Assembly (NCBI GenBank): GCA_947626735.1
Contig: CANQTK010000006.1
Span: 1-54,489, forward strand
From: an uncultured Clostridia bacterium
Lineage (GTDB): Bacteria > Bacillota > Clostridia > TANB77 > CAG-508
Reading direction: 5' to 3'
Length of the DNA stretch: 54,489 bases
Part shown: piece by piece, positions 20,841 through 30,334 of the stretch
Layout of the letters: the number at the start of each line of letters is the position of its first letter
Numbering within the stretch: position 1 is the first letter of the stretch
The notes under the pieces: model-generated
Database searches by the model: none
Told to the model about the DNA's origin: nothing
What the model saw: the letters and a program-made list of their open reading frames with translations, nothing else
Position numbers and translations under genes: made by a program

Positions 20841-23234
20841 ATGTTTAAAATATTAATGAATTTAAGAAAAACAATGTTATCTGTCATTTTTATTATTGTT
20901 TTATTATGTGTGCAAGCATGGGCAGATTTAAGCCTGCCAGACTACACTTCTAAAATTGTTAATGTAGGGATTCAACAAAGCGGAATTGAAAATGTAGCAG
21001 TAGAAGTCATTCGTAAATCACAAATGGACCTTATTTTATTATTTACGAAAGATGATTCTGCAATTTTAGAAAATTATATGCTTATCGAAAAAGGAAATTT
21101 AGAACAAAAAGAATATGAAGAATACGAAAAAGAATATCCAAAATTGGCAGAAGAAGCATTATACCTTAGAAAAGAAATAGATAGTAAAAAACAAGAAGAA
21201 TTAAGCACTCTATTAGCAAAACCATTCATGCTACTTTCTATGTTAAACAACGAAAAAACCAAACAAGCCATCAAAGAGCAAATGGTAGCTACGATGGAAA
21301 GCATGAGAGAATATGACGAAGAAACGATGCCAGAAGAATTAAAAAACGAAATCAATATAAACAATATATCCAATTTAGAAAATAATCAAGAAAATAGTGC
21401 TATCATAAGACCTGATTTAATGAGGCAAATGACATTAGAAGAATTACTAAAAAGCTTGCCAGAAGACCAATTAGAAGCAATGTTAAATGGTATAAGCCAA
21501 AAATTAGATACGATGAGTGAGTCTATTATAGAACAAGCAGCAATTAACCAAGTAAAAATAGAATATCAAGCAATTGGTATCAACACCGATGATTTACAAA
21601 ATCGTTATATTTTCATAGCAGGACTTAGAATGCTAGGAATTGCCTTTATTAGTATGACATCTGCTGTTATCATTATGTTATTATCTTCTAGAGTAGCAGC
21701 AAACCTAGGAAGAGCATTAAGAGATAAAGTATTTCAAAAAGTGATTCATTTTTCCACCAAAGAATTTCGTGAATTTTCAACTGCTTCTTTAATTACAAGA
21801 AGCACCAATGATATTCAACAAATTCAAGGTCTTATTGCCATGCTATTCCGAGTCGTTGTATACGCACCTATTATGGGAATAGGAGGAGTCATTCGCGTTC
21901 TTGCCAATGGAAATACGCCTATGGCATGGATTATTGGTTTAGCGGTTCTTTGCATTATGGGAATTGTATTAACTTTATTTATTGTAGCAATGCCAAAGTT
22001 CAAAAAGTTGCAAGAATTAGTAGATAAATTAAATTTAGTAGCAAGAGAAATTCTAACCGGGCTTCCAGTCATTCGTGCATTTAATACACAAAAAAGAGAA
22101 GAAGCACGTTTTGACACGGCAAATCAAGATTTAATGAAAACCAATATTTTCGTCAACCGTGCCATGAGCATTATGATGCCTGCTTTAATGTTGGTTATGA
22201 ATTCGATTATGCTTCTTATTATATGGGTAGGAGGTCATAGCGTAGATGAAGGAATAATACAAGTAGGAGATATGATGGCATTTATTCAGTACACAATGCA
22301 TATTGTTATGAGCTTCTTAGTTATTTCCATGATATCCATTATGCTTCCACGTGCTGCCGTATCAGCAAAACGTATTAATGAAGTATTAGAAACAAAACCA
22401 AGTATTGATGATAAAGAAAAAACAAAAGAATTTAAAGAAGACAAAAAAGGATGGGTAGAATTTAGAAATGTATCATTCCGCTATCCAGATGCCGATAGTG
22501 AAATCTTAACTGATATTAATTTTACCGCAAAACCAGGAGAAACAACAGCCATTATTGGAAGTACAGGAAGCGGAAAATCGACGGTTGTAAACTTAATTCC
22601 TCGTTTTTATGATGTTACAAGAGGAGAACTTTTCATTGATGGTGTTAATATTAAAGAAGTGCCACAAAAAGAATTAAGAAAAAAAGTAGGTTTTGTACCA
22701 CAAAAAGGAATGTTATTCTCTGGAACGATACGTTCTAATATCAAATATGGAAATCCAGAAATGTCAGATGAGCAAATGAGAAAAGCAGCAAGAATTGCGC
22801 AAGCAGAAGAATTTATAGAAACAAAGCAAGAAAAATACGATAGCCCAATTGCACAAGGAGGAAATAATGTATCTGGAGGACAAAAACAACGTTTATCCAT
22901 TGCAAGAGCCATTGCTATAGACCCAGAAATTTTAGTCTTTGACGATAGCTTTTCCGCTCTAGACTTAAAAACAGACCAAAAATTAAGAGAAGCACTTGCC
23001 AAAGAAACCAAATCGAAAACTGTTTTTGGGGACGGAGGAAAAAAACAGGTGCAAGGAAAAACAGTCATTATTGTAGCACAAAGAATTAGTACTATTATGA
23101 ACGCCGAGCAAATTATTGTACTAGAAGAAGGAAAGATGGTAGGAAAAGGTACGCATGAAGAACTAATGAAAAATTGTGAAACTTACAAGCAAATTGCTAT
23201 GTCACAATTATCGGAAGAAGAATTAGATCGTTAA
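20841..23234 (+). CDS. Heterodimeric ABC exporter subunit A (permease plus ATPase)
   Basis: TM domain, Walker A GSTGSGKST, signature VSGGQKQ, degenerate Walker B FDDSFSALD. Confidence 0.92.
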   Translation: MFKILMNLRKTMLSVIFIIVLLCVQAWADLSLPDYTSKIVNVGIQQSGIENVAVEVIRKSQMDLILLFTKDDSAILENYMLIEKGNLEQKEYEEYEKEYPKLAEEALYLRKEIDSKKQEELSTLLAKPFMLLSMLNNEKTKQAIKEQMVATMESMREYDEETMPEELKNEININNISNLENNQENSAIIRPDLMRQMTLEELLKSLPEDQLEAMLNGISQKLDTMSESIIEQAAINQVKIEYQAIGINTDDLQNRYIFIAGLRMLGIAFISMTSAVIIMLLSSRVAANLGRALRDKVFQKVIHFSTKEFREFSTASLITRSTNDIQQIQGLIAMLFRVVVYAPIMGIGGVIRVLANGNTPMAWIIGLAVLCIMGIVLTLFIVAMPKFKKLQELVDKLNLVAREILTGLPVIRAFNTQKREEARFDTANQDLMKTNIFVNRAMSIMMPALMLVMNSIMLLIIWVGGHSVDEGIIQVGDMMAFIQYTMHIVMSFLVISMISIMLPRAAVSAKRINEVLETKPSIDDKEKTKEFKEDKKGWVEFRNVSFRYPDADSEILTDINFTAKPGETTAIIGSTGSGKSTVVNLIPRFYDVTRGELFIDGVNIKEVPQKELRKKVGFVPQKGMLFSGTIRSNIKYGNPEMSDEQMRKAARIAQAEEFIETKQEKYDSPIAQGGNNVSGGQKQRLSIARAIAIDPEILVFDDSFSALDLKTDQKLREALAKETKSKTVFGDGGKKQVQGKTVIIVAQRISTIMNAEQIIVLEEGKMVGKGTHEELMKNCETYKQIAMSQLSEEELDR

Positions 23235-23245
23235 GGTTTTTTTTA

Positions 23246-23366
23246 AGATTTTTGAGATTTTTGGGACGGGTTCAAAAATCTCAGAAATCTCAGAAGAAAT
23301 TTCAGAAAAAATCTTAGCAGAAATCGCATGAGATTTTTGAACCCGTCCCAAAAATCTCAAAAATCT
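23246..23366. repeat. REPIN-like element: perfect 38-bp inverted repeat with a GGGACGG core
   Basis: 23246-23283 is the exact reverse complement of 23329-23366; the spacer consists of degenerate CAGAAATCT units. Confidence 0.85.
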
Positions 23367-23391
23367 CACTCACAGAAAGGAGAAAAGAGTT

Positions 23392-25222
23392 ATGCCACGG
23401 ACCAATGGGAAGACCGGGAAGAGGGCCTGCAAGACCAGTTGAAAAAGCAAAAGATTTTAAAGGAACAACGAAAAAGTTAATTAAAAATTATTTAGCAACT
23501 TATAAAGTAGCACTATTCATTGTGATTAGTTTTGCCATAGGAAGTACTATTTTCTCAATTGTAGGACCTAAAATACTGGGAAATGCAACAACCGAAATTT
23601 TTAATGGATTAGTAAATAAACTATCAGGGGGAACTGGTATTGATTTTGGAAAAATAGCACAAATTTTACTAACACTTCTTGTTCTTTATCTAGTAAGTGC
23701 GCTATTTTCCTTAATTCAAGGTTTTACTATGACATCGGTATCACAAAAATTAACCTATAAACTAAGAAATGATTTAGTCATCAAAATTAACAAATTACCA
23801 ATGCGTTATTTTGATAAGAAAACCAATGGCGAAGTATTATCTGTTATTACAAACGATATTGATACTTTGTCGCAAAACCTAAACCAAAGCATTACACAAA
23901 TTATTACGGCTATTTGTACTTTTGTAGGAATTTTCATTATGATGCTTTCTATTAGTATTGAAATGACCATGATTTCTTTGCTTATTTTACCTGTTACGGT
24001 TATTTTTGTTAGAATCATTGTAGGAAAATCACAAAAATACTTTAAAAGACAACAAGACTATTTAGGCCATGTAAATGGGCAAGTAGAAGAAGTGTATGGT
24101 GGTCATACTATTGTAAAAGCCTTTAATGGAGAAGAAAAAGCATTAGAAGAATTCAATAAAGCCAATCAAGAATTATATCATTCAGCATGGAAATCTCAAT
24201 TCCTATCTGGTTTAATGCATCCTATTATGAATTTTATAGGAAACATTGGCTATGTGGCAGTAGCTATTTTAGGAGGCTATTTAGCAATAGAGGGAAAAAT
24301 TACGGTAGGAAATATTCAGTCTTTTATTCAATATAATAAGCAATTTACTCAACCAATTAACCAAATTGCACAAGTATCTAGTATGTTGCAAGCCATGGTA
24401 GCAGCGGCAGAAAGAGTATTTGCCTTTTTAGAGGAAAAAGAAGAAGTGCCAGATACCCTAGAACCAAAATTAACAGAAGGCTTAAAAGGAAATGTTACCT
24501 TTGACCACGTAAAATTTGGCTATGATGAAAATAAAACCATTATTCATGACTTTAGTGCTAGAATCAAAGATGGTCAGAAAGTGGCCATTGTAGGACCAAC
24601 CGGAGCAGGAAAAACTACGATGGTAAAATTGCTGATGAGATTCTATGATGTAAATAGTGGAGCTATTTTAATTGACGGAATTAACATTCAAGACTTCAAA
24701 AGAGAAGAATTAAGGAAAATGTTTGGCATGGTGTTGCAAGATACATGGTTATTTGGAGGAACTATTAAAGATAATATTCGTTATGGCGCGCCAGAGGCAG
24801 AAGATAATGAAGTAATAGAAGCTGCCAAAGCAGCTCATGTTCACCATTTTATCAAAACCTTACCAAATAGTTATGATATGATTTTAAATGAAGAATCAAG
24901 CAATATTTCCAGTGGACAAAAACAATTATTAACCATTGCCAGAGTCATTTTAGCTAATCCAAAAATTCTAATCTTAGATGAAGCAACCAGTTCAATCGAT
25001 ACAAGAACAGAATTACAAATTCAATCTGCCATGGATAATTTAATGAAAGGAAGAACTAGCTTTATTATAGCTCATAGATTATCTACCATTAAAAATGCAG
25101 ACTTAATTTTAGTCATGAACCACGGAGACATTGTAGAACAAGGAACCCATGAAGAACTATTAAAGAAAAAAGGATTCTATGCAGACCTATATAACAGCCA
25201 ATTTGAAGAAGTAGAAGAGTAA
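23392..25222 (+). CDS. Heterodimeric ABC exporter subunit B; probable start at 23392 with a +1 frame break at CGG 23398-23400
   Basis: GPTGAGKTT, ISSGQKQ and LDEATS motifs. The AAGGAG RBS (23377-23382) is 9 nt from ATG 23392 but 22 nt from ATG 23405. Skipping C23398 gives MP-G-PMGRPGRGP. Confidence 0.88.
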
Positions 25223-25315
25223 ATTTTAGGGACGGGTCTAAAAATTTATATTATAGGGACGGAGCAAAAAATATAAATTTCTGTGGATAACTTTTATATT
25301 TTAAAGTAAATTTAC

Positions 25316-25347
25316 AAAAATCGCCTATATTTTAATAGGCGATTTTT
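25316..25347 (+). terminator. Intrinsic terminator after the ABC operon
   Basis: AAAAATCGCCTAT...ATAGGCGATTTTT. Confidence 0.75.
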
Positions 25348-25546
25348 GCGTATAAAAGTAATTATATAAAAAAGAATAAGTAAGTTTGTGTTATTGATTT
25401 TAGGTGCGACAGTTCTTATTATAATTTCTATTCTATTTATAATAATATTTTTTATTACTTTCATAAAATAAAACATAAAAAAATTTCTTGTAAGTATATA
25501 AAAAATATTATATAATAATGATAATTTTTAGAGTAGGAGAGCATAA

Positions 25547-26416
25547 ATGATAGATTTACATACACATACAAATTATTCCGATGGTACATGGAATGTAAAA
25601 AAGTTATTAGAAGAAGCGCAAAAAGCAAATATTGAGTTACTATCTATTACAGATCATAATACCATTAATAGTTATAAGGAATTAGAAACAATAAATGTGA
25701 AAGAAATATTTAAAGGAACTATAATAACAGGAATAGAATTTACTACTGTGTTTGATGGTGTTACTTTTCATTTATTAGCTTATGATTTTGACTACAAAAA
25801 ATTAAATGATTTTATACAGCAAAATTATGAAAATAAAAAACCAAACTTACAAAAAGAATTTGAATATATGATAGAAAGTTGTAAGAAAAATAAGATAAAA
25901 ATAGGAAATCTTGTATATGATGAAGAAAAAGGATGGCCAATCGATATTATCTTTCCAGAAATAAAAAAGTATGAAGAAAACAAAAAATATTTTAAAGAGG
26001 CAGAATGGAATGATATAGATGTATTTTATAATTCTTGCATAACCAATAAAAATTTTCCTGTATTTGTAGATTTTAGTATGCACTATCCAAAAGCTAATAT
26101 CGTTGCTAAAGCAGTAAGAGATGCAGGCGGAAAACTTTTTGTGGCACACGTTTTTAAATATCGTTTAGAAGATACAACAAGTTTTTTAGATACCTTAAAA
26201 CAAAATAACATTATTGATGGAGTAGAAGTATATCATTCTATTTTTTCAGAAGAACAAATAAAAATTTTAGAAAAATATTGCCAAGAAAATCATTTATTTA
26301 TATCTGGTGGAAGTGACTGCCATGGAGAAAAGAAGGCAGATAGAAAGATTGGAATAGGATATGGAAACTTAAATATAAGTAAAAATATAGTAAAAGACTG
26401 GATGCATATAGATTAG
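25547..26416 (+). CDS. PHP-domain phosphoesterase
   Basis: DLHTHTNYSDG, ITDH, GIE, AH and GGSDCHG metal-binding motifs. Confidence 0.9.
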   Translation: MIDLHTHTNYSDGTWNVKKLLEEAQKANIELLSITDHNTINSYKELETINVKEIFKGTIITGIEFTTVFDGVTFHLLAYDFDYKKLNDFIQQNYENKKPNLQKEFEYMIESCKKNKIKIGNLVYDEEKGWPIDIIFPEIKKYEENKKYFKEAEWNDIDVFYNSCITNKNFPVFVDFSMHYPKANIVAKAVRDAGGKLFVAHVFKYRLEDTTSFLDTLKQNNIIDGVEVYHSIFSEEQIKILEKYCQENHLFISGGSDCHGEKKADRKIGIGYGNLNISKNIVKDWMHID

Positions 26417-26437
26417 AAAAATAAATAGGAGAAACTA

Positions 26438-27341
26438 ATGAATTTACCGGAATTTTTTATACAAATGTTGCAAAAGCAATATGGAGAAGAATTAACAGAA
26501 AAAATAATAAAAGGCTATAGCCAAAAAAGAAAAGTAACACTTAGAGTTAACACCTTAAAAACAAGTGTAGAAGAGGTAAAAAAACAGCTAACTCAAAACA
26601 AAATTGAATGGGAAGAAGTGCCTTTTAGTAAAGAAGCACTTATGATAAAAGAAGCAAGAGAAGATAAAATACAAAGTTTAAGCTTATATGAAGAAGGACA
26701 AATTTATTTGCAAAGTTTATCTTCTATGTTGCCACCTATTATTTTACATCCACAAGAAAATACAGATATTTTAGATATGGCAGCAGCACCCGGTGGAAAA
26801 ACAACACAAATAGCAGCCTTAACCAATAATAATGCACATATTACTGCTTGTGAGAAAAATAAAATTCGATTAGAAAGACTAAAATACAATATAGAGAAGC
26901 AAGGAGCAAGTTCAGTCTATATTATGCAAGAAGATAGTAGAAACTTAAGCGACTTTTTCTCGTTTGATAAAATTTTGTTAGATGCACCTTGTTCGCGGTA
27001 GTGGAACTTTAAATTTAGACGATAAATATTTAGAAGAAAAATTGACGAAAAAATTCATAGAAAAATCAATGCAAACACAACTTAGTTTGCTTAAAAAAGC
27101 ACTTCACATCTTAAAGGCAGGGCAAGAAATGGTATATTCTACTTGTTCGATTTTATCTTGTGAAAATGAAGAGATTGTACAAAAAGTGCTAAAAACAGAA
27201 AAAGCAAGCATCGTTCCTATAGAATTAACAGGAAAAGAAAATTTGCCATTACTTCCAACTACACTTGAAGGAACGATTTGCATTATGCCAACAGAGTTAT
27301 ATGAAGGCTTCTTTGTAGTAAAAATAAGAAAAGAAAGATAG
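26438..27341 (+). CDS. RsmB/RsmF/NOL1 family RNA m5C methyltransferase, with a +1 frame break at CGG 26996-26998
   Basis: LRVNTLK and LDMAAAPGGKT motifs. Skipping one base restores motif IV DAPCS-G-SGT and joins motif VI VYSTCS (300 aa). Confidence 0.9.
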
Positions 27342-27370
27342 AAGTTGCATTGTGATTTGTATCATGTAAA

Positions 27371-27413
27371 AAATTAAGAGCATTTCAAAAAATCATGGAA
27401 ATGCTCTTAATTT
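27371..27413. terminator. Bidirectional terminator
   Basis: AAATTAAGAGCATTTC...GAAATGCTCTTAATTT between convergent genes. Confidence 0.7.
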
Positions 27414-27766
27414 TATTCAATCTCTGTAATTTTTAAATTAAACTTATCTTCAAATACTTTCTTTTTTGCAATATATTCTTTGGTTTTAAAGCCTTTAACA
27501 TCAATGACTTCTGCTTCTTTATTTTTATGAAAAACAATAAAATCTGCTTTATATTTTAAGCCAGGTGCTAGCATAAAGATAGGTTGCAAACAGAAACCAT
27601 CAATTTCTTTGGCTTGCAATTTTAGTTTTAGTTCGCAGTAGTAATCGGCTTCTTTTTGACTATCGAAAGTATGACCATCTACGGATATTTTATTTGCTCT
27701 ATATTTACTTTTTCTCTTTGCACCATCGGTATAATTTTTATAATCTTCTACACTCCAATGCTCCAT
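27413..27766 (-). CDS. DUF1064-like (phage-type PD-(D/E)XK nuclease) protein
   Basis: SKY.ANK..VDG.TFDS.KEA and YKADF...VIDVKG motifs. Confidence 0.8.
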   Translation of the reverse strand: MEHWSVEDYKNYTDGAKRKSKYRANKISVDGHTFDSQKEADYYCELKLKLQAKEIDGFCLQPIFMLAPGLKYKADFIVFHKNKEAEVIDVKGFKTKEYIAKKKVFEDKFNLKITEIE

Positions 27767-27844
27767 ATTAAAACCCCTTTAATTCATTCTTGCTATTTCA
27801 TTATAAGCAAAAATGAAAAAAAGTGCAAGTAAAAAAGTATTGTA

Positions 27845-28279
27845 TTATAAATATTTTTTCAAAGTTTCTACGCTATCTTCTTGCATCACAACAAAGTCAT
27901 TTAAAACTGATTTAACGTCTTGGGCGGCATTAGGATTTTGGTTAAGAAGTCTTCTTCCTTCAATAATTCCCATATTGGTTCCTTGCATTAAAAGTTCAGA
28001 TAATTTGGAAGTAGTGTCATCTACCATCGTTTTCATTTGAATTCCATACCATGTCATCATTTTATTCATGGTATTTGTCTCATGTGGCTCTTCACTGCTG
28101 TAATTTTGGTAAATATTATTGACTCTTCTGGAAATATCTTCATATTTGTTGTACTCTACGTCAAGAACTTTTTTAAAATCATCGTCTTTTACCTTTTGTG
28201 AAACATAAGAAATCGCATCCATTCCCATAGTGGCTCCTTTGTTCACTTCATCTAAAATATTTAAATTTTGGTTATCCAT
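27845..28279 (-). CDS. Conserved helical hypothetical protein (possibly ferritin-like or sporulation-related)
   Basis: AGGAGG RBS before ATG 28279; KGATMG...S.LSELLMQGTNMG pattern. Confidence 0.65.
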   Translation of the reverse strand: MDNQNLNILDEVNKGATMGMDAISYVSQKVKDDDFKKVLDVEYNKYEDISRRVNNIYQNYSSEEPHETNTMNKMMTWYGIQMKTMVDDTTSKLSELLMQGTNMGIIEGRRLLNQNPNAAQDVKSVLNDFVVMQEDSVETLKKYL

Positions 28280-28375
28280 TTTTAAAAACCTCCTATAAAA
28301 TCTTTTTAAGTAGTATGTACCAAAATTGAGAAAATATGTAAAAACCAACAAAGTAATTTAATGTATGAAAAAATA

Positions 28376-28841
28376 AAAAAGACTTGACTAAGAGGTAAAA
28401 GAATAGTAAAATGAAAAAAAAGAAAAGTAACAACTTATAAACATAATATTAGCTTCATAAAAAGAAAAAATTAGTATAAAAAAGTAGAGAAAAAAGAAAA
28501 CTAAAAGAAACAAAAATAAAAAAATAGCATGAAGAACAAAGAAGAAAAATAAAATAAGAAAGAAAATAATAGGAAAAGCACAAAGGAGGAAAAGAGAAAG
28601 CATGGAAAAAGACAAAAAACAAAACAAGAATCTAATAAATAGTAAAAACAAGAAAACGAAACATAGCAAAGGAATTACATTAGTCGCTTTAGTGATAACG
28701 ATTATTGTATTAATAATTTTAGCAGGGGTAAGTATTAATTTAGTTTTAGGAGAAGATGGTATCTTTAAAAGAGCAATTGGAGCCAGAGAAACTTATACCA
28801 TAGCAAGCGAAAGAGAATATTTAGAGCAAAATGTATTATTG
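28376..28841 (+). repeat. Promoter, leader and pilin N-terminal cassette shared with 30107-30574
   Basis: Coding part 28602-28841 matches 30335-30574 except for one visible mismatch; the leaders are highly similar. Confidence 0.9.
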
Positions 28842-29939
28842 GTGCAATTAGAAAAAGCAACAGATAATGTAAGTACACAAAAAATAGGAGAAGCTTTAAA
28901 TTCAAAGAATTTAGACCATACATCAGATTGGCATATTCTTAAAGTAGATGATGTAAGTTATGAGACAGGATGGAACTTTGTAGAAAAAGGAACCGAGTTA
29001 AATGGTTATGGAAAAGCACAATATGATTGGTTAGTAAACTATGAAACAGGAGAAGTCATACAATTAGAAGATGATAATTATATCTCATTATCAGCAGGAG
29101 ACATGCTAGCCGTAAAAGATAGTTTAATCATCAATGTAGATTCATCTATAATAGATAAAGATGTAGAAAATAACAAACAAGCATTAGAAAAACAATTAGG
29201 AGACAATGTAGAATTAGTAAATTTTGATTATAATGCAAATAGTGGACTAACAAGCACCTCTTTTAATTTTGATGGAGTCAATGATTATATAAAAGTACAA
29301 TATGATAAACAAGAACAAAAAGAAGCATTAGCAAAGAATGGTTTTACTTTTGAATTTTATGGTATATGGGACGGAGGAACTACTGATTCAAGATGGAATA
29401 ATGCTAAATACGAGGGAATCTTTTGTTATTGGAATGGGCTTGAAGACAAACAAGCGAGTTTTAGATTTGGAATAGATGAAAAATCATCAAAACTAGAATG
29501 GAATGCAGGATATTTAGGAGGGCAAGATACATCATCGGATTTTAGTCAACTTCCTATAGGCTATTGGAATATTTGGTATGACCTAGATTTAGATAAATTA
29601 AGAAAAGGTTGCTTTATCACTATAACCGTAGATACCTCTAATGCATATACAGTAGAGGGAAAAGAGGGAGAATATTATAGGCAAACGGTATATCTTGACG
29701 GAGAAGTTTTATATACCGGAGATTATAATAAAAAACAGTGGGATAATTTTTGTACCAATGAATTACCAAATTTAAAATACTTTTGTATTGGACGCTCATC
29801 GATGAATGCGGAAGGTTGGTGGCATTATTCCAAAATGAATGCTTATTGCTTACGATTATACAGTAGAGCACTATCAAAAGAAGAAGTAAGTAAAAATTAT
29901 GAAAAATCAGTGGAATACCATTCTTTACTAGAAAAATAA
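28602..29939 (+). CDS. Type IV pilin-like N-terminus plus LamG/ConA-like lectin domain
   Basis: KG|ITLVALVIT helix; FNFDGVNDYI and RLYSRALS.EEV..NY motifs. Confidence 0.8.
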   Translation: MEKDKKQNKNLINSKNKKTKHSKGITLVALVITIIVLIILAGVSINLVLGEDGIFKRAIGARETYTIASEREYLEQNVLLVQLEKATDNVSTQKIGEALNSKNLDHTSDWHILKVDDVSYETGWNFVEKGTELNGYGKAQYDWLVNYETGEVIQLEDDNYISLSAGDMLAVKDSLIINVDSSIIDKDVENNKQALEKQLGDNVELVNFDYNANSGLTSTSFNFDGVNDYIKVQYDKQEQKEALAKNGFTFEFYGIWDGGTTDSRWNNAKYEGIFCYWNGLEDKQASFRFGIDEKSSKLEWNAGYLGGQDTSSDFSQLPIGYWNIWYDLDLDKLRKGCFITITVDTSNAYTVEGKEGEYYRQTVYLDGEVLYTGDYNKKQWDNFCTNELPNLKYFCIGRSSMNAEGWWHYSKMNAYCLRLYSRALSKEEVSKNYEKSVEYHSLLEK

Positions 29940-29943
29940 AAAA

Positions 29944-29983
29944 TAAAAACCTTATTTATCTTAAATAAATAGGGTTTTATTTT
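29944..29983 (+). terminator. Intrinsic terminator
   Basis: TAAAAACCTTATTTAT...ATAAATAGGGTTTTA followed by a T tract. Confidence 0.65.
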
Positions 29984-30334
29984 TTGGTTTTCATTTTTAT
30001 AAAAAGCAAGATTATGTAAAAAAGTAAACACCAAAAAGGTTTTATTTTATTGCTCTAATTTATTGAAATAGATATAATGTAACAAAAACAAAAAAATAAA
30101 AGAAGAAAAAAGACTTGACTAAGAAGTAAAGGAATAGTAAAATGAAAAAAAGAAAAAGTAATAACTTATAAACATAATATTAATTTTATAAAAAAGAAAA
30201 ATTAGTATAAAAAAGTAGAGAAAAAAGAAAACTAAAAGAAACAAAAATAAAAAAATAACATGAAGAACAAAGAAGAAAAAAATAAAATAAGAAAGAAAAT
30301 AATAAGAAAAGCACAAAGGAGGAAAAGAGAAAGC

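Noticed and set aside
30260-30334. N-terminal extension of the third pilin-like ORF
   Set aside because: It is the A-rich leader read in frame. The RBS and identity with the 28602 gene place the start at 30335.
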